A stretch of DNA of 63,951 bases, filler included, from Octopus bimaculoides (Eukaryota), in assembly GCF_001194135.2 (NCBI RefSeq). It is 6 parts of 6 records of this genome, joined end to end, with 100 filler letters (N's around TTAATTAATTAA, not from the genome) between each part and the next. Parts side by side here need not be neighbours in the genome. Positions count along the whole stretch, not along the records: positions 1 to 9,409 come from NC_068982.1; positions 9,510 to 20,087 come from NC_069005.1; 4 more parts are not named here. One strand, given 5' to 3'. The position numbers and the translations under genes were made by a program. Positions 1 through 11,335 of the stretch are shown piece after piece. The number at the start of each line of letters is the position of its first letter. Position 1 is the stretch's first letter. The notes under the pieces were generated by a model. The model made no database searches. It worked only from the letters and a program-made list of their open reading frames with translations, and had not been told where the DNA came from.

Positions 1-231
1 TACAAAACCGTTAAAATGTTTACATGACGTTGAACGTAAAAGTGAAAAACTGGATAAATGTAACCACCTGACTTCGGGGATCGAGTGGACATTGCGCCTC
101 ATTTTTTTCATTCTTGCATATTATCATTTTATTTTAATTACCCCGATTTTATGTTTGCGTTTTGTACTGTCTTTATGTTTTGTGATGTCTTAAAAATTCT
201 TTGTATAGCCCTTTATGGGTAATAAAGAAAT

Positions 232-400
232 CGGTATTTCACCTGTCTTTATGTTCTGAGTTCAAATTCCGCCGAGATCGACTTTGCCTTTCATCCTTTC
301 AGGGATCGATAAATTAAGTACCAGTTGCGTACTGGGGTCGATCTAATCGACTATCCTCTCCCCCCAAAATATTTCAGGCCTTGTGCCTATAATAGAAAGG
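232..400 (+). mobile_element. SINE family A, headless copy
   Basis: Shares the core GTTCTGAGTTCAAATTCCGCCGAG.TCGACTTTGCCTTTCATCCTTTC.GGG.TCGATAAA.TAAGTACCAGTTG with many other copies in this window; ends in C-run + GGCCTTGTGCC tail. Confidence 0.85.
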
Positions 401-417
401 ATTATTATTATTATCAA

Positions 418-625
418 AGATGGCAAGCTGGAAAATTTCTTAACGGCATTTCGTCCGTCTTCGTGTTCTGGTTTCAAATTTCGCCGAGGTCGACTTTGCC
501 TTTCATCCATTCGGAGTCGATAAAATAAGTACCAGTTGAATACTGGAGTCGATGTAATCGACTCGTCCCCCCCCCCCAAAAAAAAAAATCGTTGTCCTTG
601 TAGCAAAATTTGAAACCATTATTAT
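418..625 (+). mobile_element. SINE family A copy
   Basis: Same core as 232-400, B-box-like GGTTTCAAATTC, tail ...AAAATTTGAAACCATTATTATT. More degenerate copies follow at about 660-870 and 950-1080. Confidence 0.8.
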
Positions 626-1369
626 TATCAATCATTTGTTATGGCGATAGACAAGGGAAATAGTGAGTGTCGGATGAAATTTCGTTACAGCTCCTTACGC
701 TCGAAATCAAATCCCATCAGGGTTAATTTTGTTTTTATCCTTCTAAAAACAATAAAATAGGTACCAGTTAAATATTAAGTTAAGTATCAATTAAGTATTA
801 ACGGGTTCACTATGTCGATTACACCCCGACCCAAATATTTATTCTCGTGCTTATGTTAGACATCATTTTTGCTTTCACAAATATGGGTGTAGATGAAATG
901 ATAGAAAACTTCGAAAGCAATTCATTGTGCCATTAATTTCCTTCCTTTATATTTTGAATTTAAATCCTGCCAGGACTGACTTCGCGTTTCTCCCTCCAGA
1001 TTCAATAAAATGTATATCAGACATTTTCTGAGGTCAATTAAATTGATCGTCGCCCATATGACATTATATCTAAACTATACCTGTTCCCGTGACGGTTTTA
1101 CAAATTATAGAGAATTAATCGTAAAAGTATCATAAAATATATATGATATTCATTATAGTTTTATTATTGACACAATAGTTTTCCTTTGATGTACATACAG
1201 TTTTTTAAATTCAAAACAGAAATTGATTACTCTTAAAGAGATCCTGTCGAAATAAATAAAGATCCAATTGTTCAGTAAACAGAAATACAGTTCTTCTGAA
1301 TTTATCAGTTTCATTGAACTCCATTGAATAAAATAAGAGCTTTGAGATTTTCCTTTATCCGAGTTCATC

Positions 1370-2300
1370 TTAGAGCAACGTAAAGTTGATCACGACTGAA
1401 AATAGACTCTGGCAAATATATTCCCACTTAATTGAATAACTGTCTTTGCGGTGTTCATGGTTATGATATAGAAGCGTGGAAATGAAAACTGGCGTCTTTT
1501 TAGCTGGAATGGTAGTGTTGCTTCATTGAAAACCAGATTTATATTGAATATGAAAACTAAATCTCCTTTTTAACGTGATCATACAGCTCTCAAAGTATTA
1601 ATCTCGTATCATTAAGTAGACCTTTTGTGAGATTTCAGTTGTGCAGCAACATAATAATGGAACTGGTTTTCAGGGACGAACGTAAGGAGGCATTGCTGAA
1701 GACATCATTTTATGAAGAAACTCCATTGGAAAATTAGTTCTCAATTGATGTCATTTATACTCTCCTTATATTATTTGAAAAACGCCTTTATCTAATATGA
1801 TAGCATTATTACTTGTGAAGTTAATGCAAATTGGTTTGATACTTCGTCGATCGTTTGCAAGCTCCAACGAGCTACTGTACAGCTGTTCACTACTTTAATG
1901 ATGCCTTCACGGTCAATCAGTTCATTGGGTATCAGTACTGCGTATTCGGGAAACCCTTCAACACTCTCGGTAGAACCATTGTTACCTGCAGAACTCAATT
2001 TTCACGTTCCCATTCAACTACATCAGCTAGATGTATCTCCACAGAAACGAGAATTTAATGTGTTATTCAATGATAGTGTATCTGATCCTTTTGGTAATAT
2101 ATCACCTGTCTGACGAAACTCTCCTCTGAGAAAAAGCGTTTTAATTCCGAATAATTTACAATTGTTCATAATGTCATTAAGGAGGTCATCGACGATGCGA
2201 AGAGGACTGCAAAACAACATTGATGTCTCTTTAACGATGAGTTTCTCGTCATAGAGACGATTAGAATCATTTGGGACCTATCGTGCATCTTGCATCCCCG
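1370..2300 (-). mobile_element. Degenerate Helitron PIF1-type helicase fragment
   Basis: Minus-strand translation gives, in order, LIVKETSM (about LIIWDEASM), LRIVDDLLNDIMNNCKLFGIKTLFLRGEFRQ..ILPKGS (about FGGK.V.LGGDFRQILPV.PKG), LPFQLKRRQF, and VGIYLPESIFSRDQLYVALR (about VGIYLPEPVFSHGQLYVALSR). Many stops and frameshifts. Confidence 0.85.
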
Positions 2301-2513
2301 TAATCTCCACATTGACTAAGGTGTACTCACTCGCCTCGCATCAAAGAAGAGGAAAACTTCGTTACAATTAAGAACTTTTAAGGGCATAGCTGCTTGAAAA
2401 TGCATCTGAATGAAATTGTTGCTTGAATAAATATTGCACTGCCTTAACGGAAGAATAAATCTCCACGTTGATGTAACAGTTGAATTTTTACAGTAAGTAT
2501 TAATTATTATATT

Positions 2514-2756
2514 GGAAGCGCGTGGCTTAGTGGTTAGGGTGTTGGACTCTTGATCGTAAGATTGTGGTTTCGATTCCTGGACCGGCAACAAGTTGTGGTC
2601 TTGAGGAAAACACTTCATTTCACTTTGCTCCAGTCCACTCAGCTGGCAGAAATAAGTAATCCTGCAACGGACCGGCGTCTCGTCCCAGTGGGGAATATAT
2701 ACGTCATGGAAGTTTGGGAACCGGCCCTATGAGTCCATATGACTCGGGAAGGAACA
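2514..2756 (+). mobile_element. tRNA-derived SINE, family B
   Basis: A-box TGGCTTAGTGG and B-box GGTTTCGATTCC in a tRNA-like head, followed by the body CACTTCATTTCACTTTGCTCCAGTCCACTCAGCTGG; ends in a T/A-rich tail. Confidence 0.8.
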
Positions 2757-2789
2757 TTTTTTTAAATTAATTATTATAAAATTCAATTA

Positions 2790-3000
2790 AGGCTGCCAAC
2801 TAGCAGAATCGTTAGCATGCTGGGCAAAATGCTTAGCGACATTTCGTCTGTTTTTACGTTCTGAGTTCAAATTCTGTCGGTATCGCCTTGCGTTTCATCT
2901 TTTAGGAGTCGATAAAATAAGTACCAGTTGAATACTTGGGTCGATGTAATGACCCCTTCTCTGAATTTACTGGTCTTGTTCCTACAGTAGAAAGGATTAC
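2790..3000 (+). mobile_element. SINE family A, near full length
   Basis: Head GCAGAATCGTTAGCATGCTGGGCAAAATGCTTAGCG, B-box-like GAGTTCAAATTC, family A core and tail. Confidence 0.85.
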
Positions 3001-3839
3001 CCTGGTCAACAAGTATTTTCATCAAGCATATGTTACGGTGTACTTAATGTAGTTTTTAATGCTGATTTCAATTATACAATTAGTTTTCTTTTTACATCAC
3101 GTACAGTTTTGAAGTTGAGAAAGTTTTTTCGGTTTTAGTTCATGCATCATATAGAACTTCCAGTTAATGACGTGTATGCATGTATTTCATTTACATCATG
3201 GAAACATACCTTTAAAATAAACTACACTATTCATTGTTGCATAGTTTAGATGCAATATTTCGTCATCTTAAATTAACCAATCAAGTTTTGTCTGATGAAA
3301 TAGGTATTTCAACATCTCAAATTGTCTGATGAAATATTTCATCATCTCAAATTCAATATAAATATCACTGTTTGTATCTATTTCCTTAATAGACAGACAG
3401 ACAGACAGAAAGACAAATGCAAATACATATTTGTGTGTGTGTGTATGTGTTCATATGCGTGTGCTGTGTGCATTGTTTGTGTATATATGTATGTGTATAG
3501 GAGTGTGTAATGCGTGCATGTGTGTGTTTGTTTGTAACAGCGGATTGACAAAATCGTAAGTATTGTTATTTAGTTACAGCCCATCACTTTCTAAGTTCAA
3601 ATCGAGCCAAGGTCGATTTTACTTTCCAACCCTCCAGGATCAATAAAATTGTTTCGGGGTCGTATACTGATTGGATTGCTACACTCGACAGTACCCACAT
3701 TCCCAACCAAAACAACTGATTGACCACATATTGATGGATACTCTTGATCACCGAAAGTTCAGGAATGAACTCTTTTTATCCTCACTGGGGAGACATAATA
3801 ATTATTGTGAGATTATTATACGTGGATGAATGAGAGAAT

Positions 3840-4216
3840 TATTGGTGATGATGACGATTACGATGATGGTGAGGATGATGACGACGATGACGACGACAAC
3901 GAAGACAACGACGATGAGGTGGTGGTGGTGGTAGTGGTGGTGGTGTCGGTTGCGACAGCGGTGATATGAATATAAGTGTATGCACACGTGTGTGTGTGTG
4001 TGTACTTGTGCATATGTGTGTGCGTGTGTGTGTATGTGTGCGCGCGTGTATGTAAATATGTGTGTTAGTATGTATAAATTTATATGAGTGTTTTTGCGGT
4101 TGCATGTATGTTAATTACATATGCTCCAGTCTAATGACTGAAACAAGTAAGGTATATATATTATACAGACAGATAGATAGATAGATAAATAGATAGATAT
4201 ACGTAGATATATATAC

Positions 4217-4260
<44 letters not shown>

Positions 4261-4271
4261 NNNNNNNNNNN

Positions 4272-4312
<41 letters not shown>

Positions 4313-4357
4313 TTCGATCTAGAACAATCTAGAGAAAAATGTAATTCTCACCAGCTA

Positions 4358-4410
<53 letters not shown>
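3840..4410. repeat. Compound microsatellites (GAT/GAC/GGT, TG, GATA, TA, TG)
   Basis: Directly visible simple repeats. Confidence 0.9.
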
Positions 4411-4415
<5 letters not shown>

Positions 4416-5339
4416 CGTGCGTGCGTATTATTAATTATTTGGCTTCCTCTGCTGACCCACCAACGAGAGGGTGTTTCGGTTCAAGGTTGAAACAGCCGAT
4501 GATCGTTGGATACCGTCTGATGACATCAGTTCCTCCTGAGGAAAGCCCCATCTACTTTGGTGAGTGGAGAAGAAACACTTTCTTCTGGGTGTTATTAACA
4601 ACACGCACGCGCGCGTGCGTGTGTATGTATCATATATCATGTGTCATATTTCATACATATATTATACACACGCACATTGCACGCACATACTATCTTGCAC
4701 AGTCAAACCATGTGTTATCTCTTTATTAAATCAATAAGTCATTCTTCAAGTTCATTGGTGTCAAAATGGAAAAAATAAATGAATTAGCAGGCTAGTATTT
4801 CGTGATAAAACTTCAACAACTTATGTTTGAAATCTCATAAAATGATTCACAGTCGGCTGGCTATTGATTCAACAATTGTATGTTTGTTTCATTTTCTTAG
4901 TCTCGGTTTAGTCCGGTTTCCTATATCTACGAAACTATTCAACCATTTAAGTCTATATCTGTCCCAGATTTTTATCAACACAACCGCTCATGTGTATATT
5001 TACATTATATCTGTTCTAAATTGTGCAAACAGAACCATTAATGTCCATGCTTAACCGTATATGTCCTAGATTTGTAGCTACAACAAACATTGGCAATGGA
5101 CGTTTAAACTACATTTTTACTTTTTGTTACTCATAATCTTTCATGTGTACATTATCTGCACTGTCCACTTCATACTTCATCAGTACAACTCCAATGATAA
5201 TTGATAATTAATGATAATAACGACAACCACAACAGCAGTAACAACAGCAGCAATAATAGCAACAACAACAACAACAATAATAACATCAACAACAGCAATA
5301 ATAGTTTCAAATTTTTGCAAAAGACCAGCAAATTTGTGA

Positions 5340-5895
5340 AATAAGTACCAGCTTTGACTCCAAATTCCGCCAAGATCGATTTTAATTTTAGTCCTTTCGG
5401 GGTCGTTAAAATAAGCACCAGCTGAGCACTGGGGTNNNNNNNNNNNNNNNNNNNNNNNNNNNNNNNNNNNNNNNNNNNNNNNNNNNNNNNNNNNNNNNNN
5501 NNNNNNNNNNNNNNNNNNNNNNNNNNNNNNNNNNNNNNNNNNNNNNNNNNNNNNNNNNNNNNNNNNNNNNNNNNNNNNNNNNNNNNNNNNNNNNNNNNNN
5601 NNNNNNNNNNNNNNNNNNNNNNNNNNNNNNNNNNNNNNNNNNNNNNNNNNNNNNNNNNNNNNNNNNNNNNNNNNNNNNNNNNNNNNNNNNNNNNNNNNNN
5701 NNNNNNNNNNNNNNNNNNNNNNNNNNNNNNNNNNNNNNNNNNNNNNNNCTTTGACTCCAAATTCCGCCAAGATCGATTTTAATTTTAGTCCTTTCGGGGT
5801 CGTTAAAATAAGCACCAGCTGAGCACTGGGGTCGATCGACTTGCCGTCCCCCACCCACCGTAAACTACTGACCGTGTGCCAAAATTTGAAACCAG
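5340..5895 (+). mobile_element. SINE family A copy, duplicated across an N gap
   Basis: Core TTGACTCCAAATTCCGCCAAGATCGATTTT...GCACTGGGGT is present identically on both sides of the gap at 5436-5748. Confidence 0.75.
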
Positions 5896-6146
5896 TATAA
5901 AGTGAAATAATGGCTTACAGTAGCGAAATCCAGTTCCCCAGAACAAGAATAAAATCGGTAGCAAGTTATCGATTAGGAAAATAGAAGAGCCGTTTAGATT
6001 GAAATATTCTGTCAGAATGACACTTCTTGTACTCCTCTAAGAAAAGTTTCTTCTCTAGTGGTTTCTTTCCTTGAACATTTATCATATGGACTTCGCTTCA
6101 TTTTGCTTCCTATGTCAATATGATTTTAATTCTTTTAAATTTTGCA

Positions 6147-6390
6147 TTGGCGTTATTTACATTATTTACATTCGACGGATATTTGTCCTCATCTTGTTTG
6201 TTAACACAACGGTTCGGCTGATATATCCTCCAGCCTTCTTCAGGTGTCTTGGGGAAATTTCGAACCTGGTTTCTCACTTCCAAGGTATTTTTCGATGTTA
6301 TTATTATTATTATTATCATTATTACTACTATTGTTCAGGTCACTGCTTGGAATCGAACTCGAAATCTTGGGGTTAATAGCCCGCGCTCTT
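6147..6390 (-). mobile_element. tRNA-headed repeat with Penelope-like hammerhead tail, left arm of inverted pair
   Basis: Reverse complement of 6405-6650. B-box GAGTTCGATTCC, (AAT)n spacer, then GACAC-CTGAAGA-A-GGCTG...CAGCC-GAAC-CG-TT-GTGTT. Confidence 0.8.
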
Positions 6391-6404
6391 AAACCAAGAT
6401 TCTA

Positions 6405-6457
6405 CGCGCTCTACTAACCCCAAGATTCCGAGTTCAATTCCAAGCAGTGACCTGAAC

Positions 6458-6504
<47 letters not shown>

Positions 6505-6671
6505 CGAAAAATACCTTGGAAGTGAGAAACCAGGTTCGAAATTTCCCCAAGACACCTGATGAAGACTGGAGGATACATCAGCCGAAACGTTGTGTTAACA
6601 ACAAACGAGATGAGGACAAATATCCGTCGAATGTAAATAATGTACATAATTCCTCATCTCTTAAATACAGA
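6405..6671 (+). mobile_element. tRNA-headed repeat with Penelope-like hammerhead tail, right arm
   Basis: B-box-like GAGTTCAATTCC (6430-6441), (AAT)n, hammerhead-like motif, and tail ATCCGTCGAATGTAAATAATGTACATAATTCCTCATCTCTTAAATACAGAAC, which also occurs at 20449-20509 next to a PLE RT. Confidence 0.8.
6551..6596 (+). ncRNA. Putative minimal type-I hammerhead ribozyme motif
   Basis: Stem I GACAC(6551-55)/GUGUU(6592-96); core CUGAUGA (6556-62) plus an extra A; stem II GACUG/CAGCC (one mismatch); GAAA (6584-87); palindromic stem III ACGU; predicted cleavage after U6591. Manual folding only. Confidence 0.6.
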
Positions 6672-7617
6672 ACTGTATTTGCATTGACGGTTTTATGATT
6701 CTTAGAGAAACATCTCAGATTTTTTTCCTTCCTTTTATTTTGTAACTTCCAGCATACTAAATGGTTATTTGAGGCGTTTCATTGCTGTTTGCATGTTGCC
6801 TTATTGGGAATGGCTTCCAAAAAGAAAACTATTTAAAATGTCGTAAGTCTGGTATCTTTTCCATCACAGAAGATATTTCTAGAACAAATTATTATCATTT
6901 TCTTAATTGCTAGCTTTAAAAATAATAATGATCATCTTGGAATCCTTCTTTGTCATTGATTCTAGCGTTTTAAGTACTGGGTTTCTATAACAAAACTTAT
7001 AAAAGTCATAAGTATCAACAAAGCTACTTGGAAAATTTCTGTTGAAAATTTTACAAAGATTTAAGCAATTGTCGTATTTTAGTTCTTCGTTTAATAATTG
7101 ATTGAACAACACTTTGTGAGATGTTCATTGGAACTAGCTGGTGGTTGTCTTGTGAACAGTGGTTATTGCAGCAGTAATAAGTAATGAGTAGTGTCAAATT
7201 ACGTTCCTTGAAGGTTTTTTTTTTTGGTTTTTTTAATTAGGTGTTTTATTATATACATAACTTCAAATGATTAACTTTATTTATTAGAGGATGTTCGATA
7301 GAGCATTAAATTCCCATTTTCCCATCAGCGTGCTTGTTTGTGATTACATTGTTGGACTTGAAATAATCTCAGAAAAATCAACTCAGAAAAATCAACTCAG
7401 AAAAATCTACATAGAATATGTACATAATGTTCAAGTAAACGATTGGCTTATATAGTTCCACTTTTTTTTCTTTTTTACACATCTTGTTGTTTGATTTAAT
7501 CATTATCGCTATTTTCGGTATTTTTACTAGATGAGTGTACTTATTCTTAGTTATGGCAATGGAGATACTACGACAAATTCCATTCATTCGTAGGTTGTAT
7601 AGAAAAACAAAGTGAGG

Positions 7618-7621
<4 letters not shown>

Positions 7622-7704
<83 letters not shown>
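7622..7704. repeat. (TG)n microsatellite
   Basis: Directly visible. Confidence 0.95.
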
Positions 7705-7706
<2 letters not shown>

Positions 7707-8040
7707 CGAGAGGGGTAAAGAAGGAAAAATATGACAATGTACTGTATAGTAAATGTATTATATTACTAGTAAAATAACTCACTACATATTTGGTGAATAC
7801 AGATTTTGCTGCTATTATACTGCTAATGGAATCAATACAATTAAATATGAAAGCATAAATTGTGTAAATATCCAGAATATTTATAGCTTCCGTGTAAAAA
7901 GGAATTTTAAAAGATGATCTTGTTATTTAACAAATATGTGGCTTCATGTTTATGAATGTGCATATACCTATACGTGTGTGTGTGTGTGTGTGTGTGTGTC
8001 TGTGTTTGTGTGTGTGTATCTGTCTGTGTGTCTGTCTATC

Positions 8041-9210
8041 TGTCTGTCTGTGTAAAATATGGGGAGAAGTATGAATGTGTGTATGTGTTAGAGAGAGCGC
8101 AGAGAAAGAGATTTTTCAATGGACGCCTTATCTCAATAGATATTAGATAAGCGAATAAGTATAACACGATCATCTATGGTCGAGAAGTCTAATTCCAGAA
8201 CGCAGTCATTGTTGTTTAGTCCCCGAGCCACCCTAATTGCATAGGTCTGTGATCAAAAGCGTTCCAGTTGTTACCATTCCGTCTAATTTTCAGACACTGC
8301 GCATTTATGACTGCATTAATCTAATGCATAAAGCAGTGTCGAACTGAATGTCTGAGCAGTATTTGGTCCACCAAACGTCGAGACTCTGTGTTTAAATCCC
8401 GCTGAAGTGGAAAATGGTATCTTACAAGAGATAAAATGTCTATGGCTATAACGTTATCTGCAATCATAATACTGGCTAGTGGATTGAGCCAGATTAATTT
8501 CTTTTATCTCGTTCTGCTCCTGTGTTGAGGCTATTCTTTGTATCCTTGTTTCTCACAATAGCTATTCCTTACCGGTGCATTTCTGTAATAAGGAACGACT
8601 TTGTTGTAAATGTCCCTGCAAGTAGGAAACTCATATATTTGTACAGTCTACAAGTTACGTAATTATGACTAAAATGTGGTTTAGATTCCTTACATATGTA
8701 TATGCTTTTTTTTTTTTTTTTTTNNNNNNNNNNTTTTTTTTTTTTTTCTTTTTGATTTTCTGTAAAGATAGTGTTTACTTCTATTTAGATCTTTTGTAAA
8801 GTCTATAAATTAATTATTGTTAGGTTGGTCTAATGCTGATATTTAGGTCGAATTCATTGAATATTTCTATCAGGTCGTTTCTGAATCTATCCATAGCATG
8901 GCCTTCATGTTGTATGAAATAGTTAAAACCATCGCCACTCTATTCTTTTCTAGTCTAGGCACAAGGCCCGAAATTTTTGGGAACGCTTTTGATCACAGAC
9001 CTATGCAATTAGGGTGGCTCGGGGACTAAACAACAATGACTGCGTTCTGGAATTAGACTTCTCGACCATAGATGATCGTGTTATACTTATTCGCTTATCT
9101 AATATCTATTGAGATAAGGCGTCCATTGAAAAATCTCTTTCTCTGCGCTCTCTCTAACACATACACATGCATACATTCATACTTCTCCCCATATTTTACA
9201 CAGACAGACA
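8041..9210. repeat. Near-perfect inverted repeat, arms 8041-8265 and 8980-9210
   Basis: By manual comparison the arms are exact reverse complements except for a 6-bp indel in a CA/TA-rich tract. Confidence 0.9.
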
Positions 9211-9371
9211 TTAGATCAACTCCAGTACGCAACAGGTACTTAATTTATCGACCCCGAAAGGATGAAAGGCAAAGTCGACTTCGGCGGAATTTGAACTCAG
9301 AACATAAAGACAGACGAAATACCGCTAAGCATTTCGTCCGGAGTGCTAACGTTTCTGCCAGCTCGCCGCCT
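8952..9371 (-). mobile_element. SINE family A interrupted by a 231-bp insertion
   Basis: Tail piece TCTAGGCACAAGGCCCGAAATTTTTGG at 8952-8980; the rest of the SINE (TTAGATCAACTCCAGTACGC...CTGCCAGCTCGCCGCCT) resumes at 9211. Confidence 0.85.
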
Positions 9372-9409
9372 CAGTATCGCCACTCTATTGTCCTTGATGC
9401 GAAACTCTT

Positions 9410-9509
9410 NNNNNNNNNNNNNNNNNNNNNNNNNNNNNNNNNNNNNNNNNNNNTTAATTAATTAANNNNNNNNNNNNNNNNNNNNNNNNNNNNNNNNNNN
9501 NNNNNNNNN
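9410..9509. other. Synthetic scaffold-join spacer (44N-TTAATTAATTAA-44N)
   Basis: The same 100-bp structure occurs at 20088-20187, 46620-46719, 60309-60408 and 62848-62947. The 12-mer is palindromic and gives stop codons in all six frames. Confidence 0.9.
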
Positions 9510-10679
9510 TAACACATCTATTGATATTTTTCGATATCTTTCTCCCCATAAACAAATTTCATGGAATGATGTCAAAGTAGTTTCAACTGAGCGAGGCCTT
9601 ATTATGTGTGTTTGTGTAAGAAAACACCAAAAAACATCTCTAGTTTTCATATTAATCTGTCAAATGTAATGCTTATTTGTTCACGTTATTTTGAATTATT
9701 CTGGTTCAAGAGGGGTGTCCACAATATTTGCTTGTAACTTTGTAAATTTTTTACATACAGATTTGAAATTTTGTCAGTGGATGCTTTATATACCACTGGT
9801 TTATAGTTATGTAATTTTAGCTGATCTTGCTGAGTAAATGTGACTTTTATAGGTAGGTAAATTTAATTACCAGGTGTAAAAGCAATAACATTAAACACTA
9901 AAATTAAAATTCTGTTTGATTTGTTACTAAATTTATCCCAGATGGTAACCGACAAAAATTTTGCCACTTTTCAAGATGAGGTACATTAATTTGAATTGAT
10001 TAAAATACAGGTATAATCGGTACAAGATTTTATTCTTTCGGTAAATATTTCGTACCTTGGTGTGGAATAATTTTTTTCCATAGATTTTTCGAGTGCATTC
10101 AGCGTATCTGACCTCCAAACACGCTACAAGCCACTTTTTTTCCGGAAAAGAAAGGTGGGAGAGGTGGTGGTGACCGCAAAGTTTCCCACCAAGGTAGTTT
10201 AGTTTCGCGGACCTATTTTTCTTTTCCACGTTATTTTGCATGCTTTCAACAAACGTGACACCGAAATCACACGTAAACGGCTCCTTTTTTCCAGAAAAGG
10301 ACAGATTTGGCTGCTATTTCTAGCATTCCCTGCTATTACGTAACAGCTATTTGCGTTCACACCAACTTTTTCCTTCCATTTATGTTTTCCACTTTATGGA
10401 AATCAATATTTTCTCTGTTGACATCCACCTCAGCGAGGTCACGGATTAAGTGGAAACACATCAAACCCTATTCCATCTTGAGAGGATAAAGAAATTTCCC
10501 GCTACCTTTGCAAGCAGCAAGCGGGTGAATTTGGTTTCAAATCCAAGCAGGGCCAAACGAGGTCCTACAAGTTATTTATATTAATAAGTGGCGTTATATC
10601 AGGATTGAAAGAATGACGAGTACAATATTAAATGTGCTAAGACAATCTGAAAACAATAGAAACTTTTAAATGCTTTTAC

Positions 10680-10835
10680 GAATTTTGGGGGTTAACAGAC
10701 TTGAGTTAACGGAAGCTAAATGTAACGGAAATTAATTAGTCTGATAATGATTTTCAAAGTTAACTTAAAAGTAAAATCGTTAACGAAAATGTTAACTTCG
10801 TTAATTAACGATTAACGAACTTACGTTCAGCTCTG
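10680..10835 (-). mobile_element. Possible hAT-like MITE terminus
   Basis: Minus strand starts CAGAGCTGAACGTAAGTTCGTTAATCGTTAATTAACGAAGTTAAC with clustered TAACG/GTTAAC subterminal motifs. Partner end not found. Confidence 0.35.
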
Positions 10836-11124
10836 TATTCTTTTATTCTTTTATTTGTTTCGATCATTTCACTGCGGCCATGCTAGAGTACCGCCTTTGG
10901 TTGAACAAATCGACCCCAGGACTTATTCTTTTTAAACCTAGTACTTATTCTATCGGTTTCTTTTGCCGAATCGCTAAGTTACGTGGACGTAAACACACCA
11001 ACATCAGTCGTCAAGCAATGGTGGTGGGGACAAACACAGACACACAATCATATACATACACGGGCTTCTTTCAGTTTCCGTCTACCAAATCCACCCACAA
11101 GACTTTGGTCGGCCCGAGGCTATA
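10836..11124 (-). mobile_element. SINE family C, 5'-truncated
   Basis: Reverse complement of the family C body and tail (GCGGTTCGGCAAAAGA.ACCGATAGAATAAGTACTAGG...GCATGGCCGCAGT...AAACAA.TAAAAGA.TAAAAGA). Confidence 0.9.
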
Positions 11125-11335
11125 TCTATGTGTGTGTCTTTGAGCCTGTGTTTGTCCCCACTATCACTGCTTGACAACCGGTGTTGGTGTGTTTAAGCCC
11201 CTTAACTTTACGGTTCGGCAAAAGTTACTGATAGAAGTACTAATCTTGAAAAAATAAGTCCTGTGGTCGATTTGCTTCAACTAAGACCCTTCAGGGAGGT
11301 GCTCCAAACGACGGAAACAAGTACAAGAATAAAAA
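11125..11335 (+). mobile_element. SINE family C, 3' half, inverted relative to its neighbour
   Basis: GTGTTTGTCCCC...GCTTGACAACCGGTGTTGGTGTGTTTA...CGGTTCGGCAAAAG...GAAACAAGTACAAGAATAAAA. Confidence 0.85.

Noticed and set aside
1792-1998. ORF ..FPEYAVLIPNELIDREGIIKVV.. preceded by a CTGCAG acceptor-like site, initially read as a host exon
   Set aside because: In frame with, and between, Helitron helicase motifs, so it is part of the fossil.
2514-2590. tRNA-like sequence as a possible tRNA gene
   Set aside because: Continues into a SINE body and lacks a proper acceptor stem, so it is a SINE head.
4546-4580. CTGATGA...GAAA hammerhead-like boxes
   Set aside because: Stems I and III cannot be formed together.
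5349-5835. Identical direct repeat on both sides of an N gap
   Set aside because: Typical unmerged contig overlap, an assembly artefact.
7368-7409. Three copies of a 14-bp unit CTCAGAAAAATCAA
   Set aside because: Ordinary slippage repeat with no spacers, not CRISPR-like.
9690-10250. Possible Tc1-like remnant (FQDEVH resembling FSDEAH)
   Set aside because: Too degenerate to support.
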